Origin: Lepidodermella squamata
Taxonomy: Eukaryota; Animalia; Gastrotricha
Assembly: GCA_047495785.1 (NCBI GenBank)
Contig: JBLDXI010000033.1
Span: 1,116,001 to 1,180,000, forward strand
Reading direction: 5' to 3'
Length of the DNA: 64,000 nucleotides
The translations under genes and the position numbers were made by a program. Below the pieces are notes generated by a model. It worked only from the letters and a program-made list of their open reading frames with translations, was not told the DNA's origin and did no database searches. This document shows, piece after piece, positions 47,901-58,569 of the stretch (position 1 is its first letter; the number at the start of each line of letters is the position of its first letter).

Positions 47901-50693
47901 GGTTTAGGGTTAGGGTAGTTCGAGTTTCGGGTTTCTACAAAGTTCGATTTTTGGGCCCTTACGCTTCCCCAATAACCATTTTCATGCGGAAAAAATTGAC
48001 TACGCTTTCGGAATCCCGTTTTTCTTTCACATAAACCGAAATCTAGTCATCTGGCATTTCCCTAGTGTTTTCAGCTCAAATTTAATGAAAATAAATATGT
48101 ATGAAAGTTAATTTTGTCATACATAAATATGTATGAAAGGTAAAAATTTCATACATATTTATGTATGAAAGTTGGCACCCTTTAATTTTTATTGCGAAAA
48201 AGTCACTTACTTGACCATCTGATTAGGTCTTCCTCGAATCAGCCAGTTGCAGTGTTCGAAATCTACCGGCATGACATCTTCGACTCCGTAATATGGCGAC
48301 AAAATGTAGCCACTGGTTTCAGACAAAACCCGCTGTTTGCCTTGGCAACGTGGCGCGGGACATTCGGCCAATGTCGCCTCGACATGAAAACCCTCATCCG
48401 TCCGCTCCAGGCCCGTCCTTAGTGTGATAAACGCCTCATTACTCGCAACAGTAATATCAGGCGGCGTCGATCGGCCACATAGCGCGGCTAATCGGTCTGA
48501 AGTGTTAGTCGGTCCGTCAAAAATTAAGGTGGTCGCATGCTGGCACCCATCACCCATTTCGAACTTGACAAAGTGCAGTTTGATACAGTGGCCTTCTTCG
48601 CCGCGAACCGACCAATGGCATTCGTCGTTCGGGAAGTACATGCCGGTGTCGAAGTTCGGACTTTTGATATGAGCAGTGCCTTCGTCGCCATGCGTGACAT
48701 TCACGACATTAGTCCGGCCCTGGCATGTCGCCTTTTTCGGGCGGGGTGTTGACGGGGTGGAAACGGGGGTAGTTCTAGTAGTCGATCTAGACTGGGTAGA
48801 CTCAACTCGAATTTCCGGTACAGTTTCAATCGCAACTTTCGGGTTCTGACTCGTGGTAGTCGTAGTAGGCGCCGGTTCAGTGATAACCTGCGTCAATTTT
48901 CGGTAAAATGTGTACCCTGGGATGTGAACCGTCCGGGTGCATGTGTCCGATTTGAGGAAGCACAGATTTTGCTTATTATTAGCAAATGCGAAGCCTAGAC
49001 AGCGTTGGGTCGAGTTGCATTTAGCCGCGCAGTCATTCAGGTCGAGGGACATTGGCCCTAGGACGATGTTGCCCGGGCAGTTGCCGACAAGGCGCTCGTA
49101 GCCGGGCGGTGGCGGTTGGCTGTTTTGCCACGCGGCTAAATTCGTGCGGTTCAGCGAGTGCTCACAGTAGACGCGGTTAATCTTCAACACATCCATCTCG
49201 CTAAGAGTCTGCTTATTGCCGAGAATTATGTCCGGAAACAGTCTGTGTGTCACCTGGAATAACAGACAAAGCAAAATTAATTAGCGTCATAAAATTTTAT
49301 TCAAATTTTACCGTTGGCTTAGTCATGTCTGTCGAGTAAGCATTGCGCCTGTAGTGCATGATTGATTCGAAATCGTAAGGATCGTCCATGTGCTCGGTGA
49401 CCGGGTCCGAGTACGACGAGAATCGGTCGTCGAGGCCGGTTTGAACGTTCTCCCAGTGCACGGTGACGTAAGTGTCACGGTCAAGGCGCGACGTTTCGTG
49501 GTGGAACCCGAGCACGTGCATCAATAGGTGGGCAATGATGTCGTTCTCAATGCAGCCTTCGCCTAAATTCATCACCGCCGGAGCACTGTGCGGCTGAAGG
49601 CCGAAAGTCGAATAACATCTAAACAATTTCATGATTTTAAAAAAGAAAAATATTTCATACGAAAAACGAACTCTACTAGGCTGTTCGAAATTAGCAAAAT
49701 TGCGCCATGTTCTTCGATTTGATCAGATTCTTCAAAACTTAGGCAAGTCGGCTTTTCGAGATCTTGCATAACCTTTCGGATATACTCTTTCTCAATAGGC
49801 TCTGAAAAAATCATTAAAGTAACATTTTGTTTTATATTTCGATGATAACTTACGAAAAACTGAAATGAACCGGTAAAGAAGTGTTGCGGTCGGCCACCGA
49901 ACTGCACTCGAAACGGGTAGGAGTCGAGGTCCTACTCGGGACACTTTCGCGATAGCACTAGACCATGCGTCGGGGATTTCAGTGGGTGCCGCAATATCAC
50001 CTTGCACCAACTCTGAATAAAATTTGACGTGTAATTAAGGCGGATTAATTTTGGAAAAAATTACCGTAGCACATGTCGTTGTACACACGAATATTGTCAA
50101 CAGAAATGAAACCGCCTCCAAAGCCGAGTTGTAGAGACTTGAATAGAAGCTGAAAATATCAAAAATTCGGTGAAAATTCGAGAAAAATAAATAAATAAAT
50201 CCACCTTAAACATGTAAACATCTTGAACATTGACAAAATCAACATCGCAAGTCGTATCGATGGCGCTTCCGGTTTTCGACCACAGCAGTTCGTTCTCGGC
50301 GTGCTTTTGGCTAACACTAACGTTGAATTGAACATTCGAGCCGCGTATGCAGTAATTAAAGGCGACGCACACGCGACCGGAAGCGACGTTGATAAAATCC
50401 GTCGACATGGTCGATTTGCGGCGGGCGCGCGTGCGCAAAAAGTCAACACGTGAATGCGCGTTTGTCATGTAGCGCATTATTTTCGCCCGTTCTTCCTTTG
50501 ACCGCGCCGCTATTTCCTTTGTCCGAAACCATCCAAATTTAGTGTCGTGTAAAATTGCGATATTGCAAAAATCGGAATCGAAATCGCAGCCGAAAATGGT
50601 TATCGCGTTCGGGTTGGCTGGTACGAAGCTCTTCGACTCAACCAAAGTCGATATGACAGTTAAAGCGAGGGTTTTTAATAAATTGATCAGCAT
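35966..50693 (-). CDS. Giant secreted mosaic protein: signal, MAM, inactive astacin domain, PAN, ~6 CUB, ~36 Sushi/CCP, several Thr-rich tracts (multi-exon, roughly 4000 aa)
   Basis: ATG 50693 with signal; MAM CDFDSDFC; pro-region VQGDI; HLLMHVLGFHHETSRLDRD and SIMHY; CUB SPNF..Y..C.W; many C..PP..Y.C..G..C...G.W..P.C repeats; the junctions checked (e.g. 47249, 41316, 36234) splice in phase. Confidence 0.8.
47690..48180. mobile_element. Foldback/MITE-like element with ~95 bp terminal inverted arms of tandem palindromes
   Basis: Arms at ~47690-47787 and ~48080-48180 are reverse complements built of ttcatacata-tt-tatgtatgaa units; located in the longest intron of the giant gene. Confidence 0.8.
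47819..47915 (+). repeat. Degenerate interstitial telomeric-type (TTAGGG)n tract
   Basis: gggttagggttagg..gggttagggttagggttaggtttag..ggttagggtt..tagggttaggg. Confidence 0.85.
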
Positions 50694-52083
50694 TGTTTTT
50701 TCGGGAATTAATGTGTCATTTAATAACAATTTTTTCAACAATTATCTGCGCTGATCTAAATAATAGAAAAAAGTTAATGGGGCATGCATAGGTAGGTTTA
50801 ATTTGCATCCGCTCTAGAAGAAATTCTATGGAAATGTAAAACATGGTGAACTTTGGGGCATCAAGGTTGGAGAAAATACGGCCTCATTTTTATTGCTAGG
50901 TAAGAACGCATTAGTGAGTTATGGAGTGTACCGAGTGCGATGGTAAAATTTCATTATTATTACTACCTAGTACCTGACGCTACTGGCGACGAAAGTTGTA
51001 AAGCAGGAACAAGGTGAAGCTGCTGAAGTAATATCAGATATAGCTGATGTAGGCCGTATAACGTTATGGGGTTACAACGCGCGAGGTGCGCAATATAATG
51101 CGATGGAAAGTACCCACGGGGCCGCGACCCTTTAATAAATCGCTTTTCACCATCGCCTTGTGCGAAACGGCCGTATCACGATCATGGACGTATACCACCG
51201 TGTTGTATAGAGTCATCATCGGCGTCATTATGCGCAGTTTCCGCGCGCGCACTTTGATGACACCTTGTATATGCGCGAATATATGCGCGCGCGCAATAAA
51301 AAGATGCGCGCACTGGCACCGCGAAAGGCCATCTTCACTAATAATAGATTGAATAACGCTGAAGCATACAGCAAGACGGGCTTTTTGCACCACTAGCAAA
51401 ACGCTAATTTCCCGTTTAGCTGACCAGCGCGACGATTGCGCATTTTTCGGCTTTTTCGGCAACTACAGCAGCGCGATGAAAATTGCGCAATTAATTTCAT
51501 TAACGCTTCTTCTTCCTTATCGAACAATACTGGAACGCCAGTCTTCTTGTTACCGCACCGGTTAAAATCTTGTTAAATTAATCGTGATAAAAATAGGTCA
51601 GTCATACAAGTAATAACTGGTGTGCGATTGTGCAAGCCGTAATTTGCTGTTCGCCTTTCTTCGCCGTTTTTGTGTTCACATCATGCGACAAGGTTAACAG
51701 GCGGCAACTCGAGACCTGTGAACATGACTATTACAGTTGTACCGCAAAGCAATCATTAGAACGTCATTTGCGCCGTGAATAGCTGAGTGAATTTCACCAA
51801 GTGCATACATCGACTATTTCGTGTGTGTTTTCCTGTCATTTTGTGATGAGAAATATTCAACGGCGTGTAAAAAAAATTCTGATAAAACTGATAGGTATAC
51901 CACGTCGATAAAGAAATAATATAATAAGGAGAATTTTCATTTCTTGAAATCATTTTGAGGAGCAGAGTTTTGGGTAAAGAACAAAGGCGTTCGTATAACT
52001 AATCGATGCAAAAAATTTTGCAATTAAATGTGGCCGGAAAATCAGTATAAAGTATAAAAAAAATATGGGCCAGATCCCAAAAA

Positions 52084-52200
52084 GAGCACGCTTTTGGCAA
52101 CGTGGAATTGGCGCAGCTAATATTTTTTTAAGGCGCAGCACCTTTGTTCGATTGGCTTCGCTGCGCTCGGCCACGCCGCGAATACGGCTATTTAAAGCCT
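52084..52200 (+). promoter_or_regulatory. Proximal promoter of sHSP-1 (inverted CCAAT ~52151, TATA-like TATTTAAA 52189)
   Basis: Block conserved upstream of both sHSP copies, ~100 bp before the ATG. Confidence 0.55.
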
Positions 52201-52289
52201 GGAAATCGAAGTGAAATTCATCAACACTTCAATCGCTCTAATAAAAGCTTTATTTCTTCGTTAATTTTTTGAGTCTTCCGAATTTCGAA

Positions 52290-53119
52290 ATGGCCGCTTT
52301 CTACCCGACCTCGACCTACTGCCCGTCGACCATGACTGGCTACCCGACCATGATGGACAAGTACGCCAAGTTCGACTACTACTCGCCAATGAACACCACC
52401 GGCTACTACCCGGGTATGCCCACCGCCGGCCCGATCAACGTGCCCACCACCCCCTTCGCCCGCCCGATGACCACCGGCACCTACGGCTACCCGACTACCT
52501 TCGGCGCTAACACCTGGTTCAACACTCCCTCTGACAGCCTGTGCAACATCGCCTTCCGCCCGTCGTCTGAGCTCGAGAAGTATACCCTGTCGAACCCAAT
52601 CCGCAAGATCGACAACCAGGGCAACCGCCAGCTGTACCTGTGCTTCGAGCTCAAGGGCTTCAAGCCTGAGGAGGTCTGCGTCACCTTGAACAAGGCCGAG
52701 CGCGCCGTCATCGTCGAGGCCGCCCACGACGTCAAGGAGGGCAAGGAGCACCAGATCTCCCGCAAGTACTCGCGCAAGTTCGTCCTGCCCGAGGTGAGTA
52801 GTTCATCGAAATTTCAACCAACTCTAATCTAATGCTTTCCTTAATCTTCTAGACCCTTGCCAAGATCGACCTGACCAAAGTTGAGCTCAAGTCGTGCCTG
52901 ACCCAGGAGGGCTACCTCGTCGTCGAGAGCCAGCTGCCGAAGATGACCACCGAGGAGATCGCCAAGTCGCCGATGATGACCGGTCTCTACAACAAGATGC
53001 CCTACGCCGCCGGCATGGCCCCATCTCCCTACTACCCGGATGGCTTCCACCACTGGTTTTTCGTAGTTGTGGAGCCTGAAGATCCTAAGGCCGTGCCCGT
53101 CACCGTCAAGACCGCCTAA
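52290..53119 (+). CDS. Small heat-shock protein (alpha-crystallin domain) 1; exons 52290-52793, 52853-53119
   Basis: FELKGFKPEEV.V..VEAAH..ISRKYSRKFVLPE/..LKSCLTQEGYLVVE..P; C-terminal V-T-V (IXI-like) motif; strong GC3 bias. Confidence 0.9.
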
Positions 53120-53403
53120 ATCAGCGCGGCTGTTTCGGCTGTTTTGCAATAACTTGTTGTGTGATGTTAAGCAGGATCAAGTGATATAGGTTAATGCATG
53201 CACGAATTATGAAAATAAAATTAAGTGCGTGAATTTCAAGCGTTGCTCTAAAGATATCCAAGAAATTTGAACGTTGATTTGCCAATATAATACGTTCCAG
53301 ATTCTTCTTTACTGAGTATCAAAAGCTAGAATAACAAGACGCAAGACCTCCAAGCAAATTGTTGCTGGAAATGTATGACAGTTATCCTAAAAACGAATGT
53401 ATA

Positions 53404-53983
53404 CCGTATATTCCGTAATAGCTTCATATGCCCGTTATTTTACCGGCCGTCCCGTTTACAACCCCCTTTCAAAGGCCTTCGAAAAAATTGAGCCTCATAC
53501 TCGCAATATAGCTAACCGCGATCTAAATATTAAATCAAACTTTGAAAATCGCATTTAATAATAATTGCGCATTCTTTTATGAAATTTCGTTTCTGAGGCG
53601 TTTGATGGGCGCGTTTGATAGAAAATGGCGAAAAATAGCAGAGTGAGTGAGAGAATTTAAGCAACGAAAATTGCCAAACTAGCTATCGATTTCCTAGCAT
53701 CCATCATTTGAAAAAAACTTTGAATTTTAAATTTTCAAAAAGTTGCATAAAAATGGCTGAAAACTCGCTATCTAACGATGAAGTTCTAGATTTTGATGAA
53801 ACGTTGTTGACTTTAGTTCGAGAATTATCAATTTATTCCAATTTTTACTCAATTTTAATACTTGAAAACCTGCTTTGAAACAATAAGGTCGCATGATCGC
53901 AGTTGTAACACGTCTCTTTTACAACCCCCTTTTTCGGAGCTTTGAAATTACAATGCCCCCTGAAGCTATTACCGAAAATACGG
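53404..53983. mobile_element. Tc2/pogo-like MITE between the sHSP genes
   Basis: TA|ccgtatattccgtaatagcttca ... tgaagctattaccgaaaatacgg|TA; 21/23 TIR match; CCGTA termini as in Tc2/pogo-type elements. Confidence 0.8.
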
Positions 53984-54341
53984 TATATCGTATATCAAAA
54001 GGCAATTCTCCCACTAGCCGATTAGGATATCTTTTTGCATCTCGGCCAAGTCAGTCGCGTGCCTGATCACTAGAACGCCGGTTTTTTTTGTGCATCAAAT
54101 TTGTTTCAATTTTAGGCAAGCCGTTCTGTCGCCCACCCAGCGATACACGACATAGATAATATGGGGCATATTCATTCATGAAATCATGTTGAGGAGCAGA
54201 ATTCTGAGGAAATAGATATAACCAAAAGGGGGTTTTTAATCCCATATGATGAAAACAAATTTGCAAAAAATATCTAAGATTCATTATAAAGATTCTATAT
54301 ATCAAAAAATCAATGGAATATTGGCTGGTACCCAGAAAAAA

Positions 54342-54463
54342 TGAGCACGCTTTTGGCAGCGTGGAATCGGCGCAGCCACGAGCTAATAATTTTTTAAGAC
54401 GCAGCACCTTTGTTCGATTGGCTTTGCTGCGCTCGGCCACGCTGCGATTGCGGCTATAAATAA
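54342..54463 (+). promoter_or_regulatory. Proximal promoter of sHSP-2 (inverted CCAAT ~54417, TATAAA 54455)
   Basis: Near-identical to 52084-52200. Confidence 0.55.
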
Positions 54464-54551
54464 GATGGAAATCGAATCGAAATTCATCATCGCTCTAATA
54501 AAAGCTATATTTCTTCGTTAATTTTTGTGTCTTCACTTTCCGAATTTTGAA

Positions 54552-55288
54552 ATGGCCGCTTTCTACCCGACCTCGAACTACTGCTCGAGCACACTGACTG
54601 GCTACCCGAACATGATTGACAAGTACGCCAAGTTCGACTACTACTCGCCATTGAACAGCACCCGCTACTACCCGGGTATGCCCACCACCTGGTTCAACAC
54701 CCCATCTGACAGCCTGTGCAACATCGGCTTCCGCCCGGCTTCGGAACTCGAGATGTACACCCTGTCGAACCCGATCCGCATGACCGACGTCGAGGGCAAC
54801 CGCCAGCTGTACCTGTGCTTCGAGCTCAAGGGCTTCAAGCCTGAGGAAATCACCGTCACCCTGAACAAGGCCGAGCGCGCCGTCGTCGTCGAGGCCGCCC
54901 ACGACATCAAGGAGGGCAAGGAGCACCAGATCTCCCGCAAGTACTCGCGCAAGTTCGTCCTGCCCGAGGTGAGTACAATCATCGAAATTTGAATAAACTC
55001 TAACTTAATGCTTCTAACTTGATTGCCTTAATCTTCTAGACCCTTGCCAAGATCGACCTGACCAAGGTTGAGCTCAAGTCGTGCCTGACCGAGAAGGGCC
55101 AGCTCGTCGTCGAGTGCCAGCTGCCGAAGATGACCACCGAGGAGATGGCCAAGTCGCCGGAGCTCTACAGCAAGATGCCCTTCGCCGCCGGCATGGCCCC
55201 CTCCCCCTACTACCCGACTGGCTTCGACCACGTCTTCTGGGTACCTCTTGGCTTCAACCCCAAGCCCGTCACCGTCAAGACTGCCTAA
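54552..55288 (+). CDS. Small heat-shock protein 2; exons 54552-54968, 55040-55288
   Basis: Recent paralog of sHSP-1 with the same intron and a shorter N-terminal region. Confidence 0.9.
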
Positions 55289-55559
55289 ATCAGCGCGGCT
55301 TTTTTGACTATTTACCAAAAACTTGTTATGTGATGTTAAGCAGGATCAAGTGATATAGGTTAATGCATGCACGAATTATGAAAATAAAAAAAATATTTGC
55401 GTGAAGATCAAGCGTTGATCCCAAGATATCGGAAACTGAACAATTGATTTGTTGATTTTACGAAAATGAGGCTTTCTAGATTAATTAAAGATTCTTTACT
55501 GAGTCATACAAACTAGAATAACAAGACCAATTACGACTAATTAAAGAAAAAAATGGCAA

Positions 55560-56973
55560 TTAAGTAGATGCAAGCGGCTGCAGTCCTTGCCAGCTTTCAG
55601 TGTTCAAATTTGTTTTGATCCACTGCAGATACTGGCAGACTCTCTGGTACGCATCAACATTGTTCGCACTGCCACAGTCGGTGTGAAACGAAAGGATACC
55701 CTCAATGTAATACAGGCCAGTAGTAACATCGCGACAAGCCAACGGTCCGCCATTGTCAGCCTATAATATGCGATGGTGATGGCAATTATTAATTTGCAGA
55801 ACAATAAACAGAAAAAGATGAATATACCTGACATCTCGGCTTATCAGCGCTTGTAGCTTTAGCACAGACCATATAACCAAGAGCTGCAATAGTTAGCTTT
55901 TCTTTGTAGCGATTTTGATCTAGGCTTCTAATCGAGTTGGAACATCTATTCGCCTCCAGTAGAAATTGAGGCGATTTTTGCAGGGTTGAATTGCCTTTTA
56001 TATCTGGATTGTCGTAGTTTGTAGACCAACCACTCGACACGCACATTGTCCTTCCAGGTAAGGAATTAGGTCCTTCGCCCAATATGGAACAAGCAGTTGG
56101 TAGGCAAAGAGGAAGGACCGCATTCGTGTAATCAATATCTGCAAAAATGAGGCTGAAAATTAGAATTTTTTATAGCAATTTTTACTTTCAGTTTTGATGA
56201 GTGCAACATCATAACGACTGGAACCCTTCGTAAAATTTGAATGAATGACATTAGATGTCATCTCAACCACGACCTCTCGCGATTCAGTTTTTCTCGATTC
56301 GCTCCGTTTTATAGCTCCAAGATGAGCCGTAATTTTGCTAGCTTCAACAACGCAACTAGCGGCCGTTAGAATTGTATTTGTGTCCAATAAGACTCCACCA
56401 CATGTTCGCTTCCGGTCTGATCCTGTGTCGACCTCTAAACGAACTTGCCACGGTATTTCGAACGGCTGAGCTGAGAAATTTGAGTTTGAAACAGGCCGCC
56501 GAACTGTGTTATTTGTCGTGCTGAAATAATTTGGTAAAGTGCCGCATTTCGCTTGCAATTCCACGTATTTTGGGCCATCTGCAGCCAGGCCTTGAACCGG
56601 CGCCAGCGCTTGGGTTCCATTACCACCAGCCAGGCAAGGGCCGTCATCGCAGTAGTACTTGATTGGAACCGACAAAGCGCGATCTGAACCGCATAAATAC
56701 TCGCAAGATGGAGGAGGTGGAGGGGGACTTGGTACGAAATTTGATTGATAAACAGATCCATCCGGCCAATAGCAAATCGATCCAGCAGGGCATGGTGGTG
56801 GAGGTGGAGCCGGCTCATAAACTATCTTGGTCGTAGTTGGTGCACAGCCATTTACACCTTTTTCAAATAAATGACAATTTTTTCTCTAAATCTTTGTCAA
56901 TCTCACCTTTGCAATGTAGCAGGAGATTACAGATGCTTAAGAACTTAAAGGCTTGAGCAATTTTTAGAGCCAT
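55560..56973 (-). CDS. Secreted trypsin-like serine protease homologue A, catalytically inactive, Pro/Cys-rich N-region
   Basis: Signal from ATG 56973; PWQV, CGGVLL, LTAASC (His lost), YDVALI, CVSSGW, RCQ/ADNGGPLAC (Ser lost), YLQWI. Confidence 0.85.
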
Positions 56974-57161
56974 TTGTGAAATTAGCTGACACGAAAACTG
57001 GCATGCTGAACCTCATTCAACACGAAACGTGTTTAGCTTTATTAAAGACTGAAAAAATAAGTAGTATAAACAGCAGAACGGATGCATCGAAACCGGATAG
57101 CTTCCACTCATTCAAATTCAAGAATAAAAGATGGGGGAAGTAGCAATAAGTTATTCAGTTT

Positions 57162-58569
57162 TCATCCGGCCAGTGATTGCAATCCTTGCCAGCTTTTAGC
57201 GGATAGATTCTGCTGAATCCACGGCAGGTATTTACAGATCCTTTGATAAGCTCCAACATTTCTAGCTGCGTCTTTGCAATTCGAGTGGAAGGAAAGAGTA
57301 CCCTCGGCGTAGTATAATCCTGTAGTCGGGTCTCTACAGGCTAATGGACCTCCAAGATCGGTCTGAAAAAATAAAAAAAATTCAAGATAAATTTGAATAA
57401 AAAAATCGTTTTTTTTTTACCTGGCAACGCTGCTTTCCTTGGTTTAAATTTCTCGCGCAAAGAAAATTCCCTGATGTTCCGTTAAAAGACTCCTTATATC
57501 GGTTATTTGGCCGTCTGATTGATGCCTCGCAGTCCTTTTGAGGGAGAAGGGTCGCGTAGCTTTTTTGAAGGGTCGAATTTCCGGGAATTCCGTCGTCGTC
57601 GAACCACGTCGACCAGCCACTCGTGACGCATCTCGTCGTTTTGTCTTGACCACTTATGCCAGACTCCGGAGCTGCGCAGCTTACAGGCAAGCATACCGGA
57701 AGAATTGCGTTGGTAAACGACTCAAGGGCTGAATATAAAAAAACAGAAATAAAAATAATTTATTTTCTGATAATTTTACCTTGAATTCTCACGAGGGCGA
57801 TGTCGAATTTACTTGAGCCCTTCGTGTAATTCGGATGAATCAAAGTTTCAACTACGCCGGTTTGTACCTCCCCGAATTCGCCAACCAATCCTTTCTCGCG
57901 ACTATTTGAGCCAAGAATAGCCAGAGTCTGACTCGCTTCGTTCGTCCTACAACTCGCCGCCGTTAAAATAGTAGTATTATCGAGTAAAAGCCCGCCGCAT
58001 GTTTTAGTCACGCCATCGCCCATTTCGATTTCAAGACGAACTTGCCATGGAAACTCGTTTGGTAAAGCTGAGAAATTGCCGGCAGCCGTTGGCCGCCGGG
58101 CGGTGTTGTTCGTTTCATAGGCGTAATTAGGCAAAACGCCACATTTCGCATACATCTTCGAATAACCGATGCCCGTTGATTTATCCAGAGTTTGCAGGCT
58201 GTTAGCATCGACTGGTTGTGTGTCGCCGGTGGAGTTGTCCCCGCCGAGGCAAAACTGGCCGACTTTACAGACAAACTTCATTCCGATGCCTGAGAATTTG
58301 TCGAAGAAGCAAAGAAAGTCGCAGGGTATGGTTTTAGTTATGACTACGGGTGGCTCGGTAACCGTCGGGTCGTAAGGTGATCCGTCGGCGTTGCGGCAAT
58401 CATAGCCTTTGGGACACAGTGCTTTCGGAGCAGCTGTAATAACCACAGTTACGGTCGTCGAACAGCAATTTGAGTCTAAATTGCTCGAAATTAAAATACA
58501 ATTGGAAATTCAAATAATTGCTTCACATTGGATCAGCTCAAACAGCAGGTAAATCAGTGCAAGTTTCAT
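57162..58569 (-). CDS. Secreted trypsin-like serine protease homologue B, catalytically inactive
   Basis: Signal from ATG 58569; EFPWQV, CGGLLL, LTAASC, FDIALV, RCQ/TDLGGPLAC; TGA at 57162-57164. Confidence 0.85.

Noticed and set aside
47690-48180. Palindromic repeats resembling a CRISPR array
   Set aside because: Eukaryotic intron, arms inverted, spacers only ~10 nt, no cas genes
51064-51462. Overlapping ORFs upstream of the giant gene
   Set aside because: No recognisable domain; likely regulatory or 5' UTR sequence
52221-55318. Long antisense ORFs over the sHSP genes
   Set aside because: Expected from extreme C/G-ending codon bias, which removes antisense stop codons
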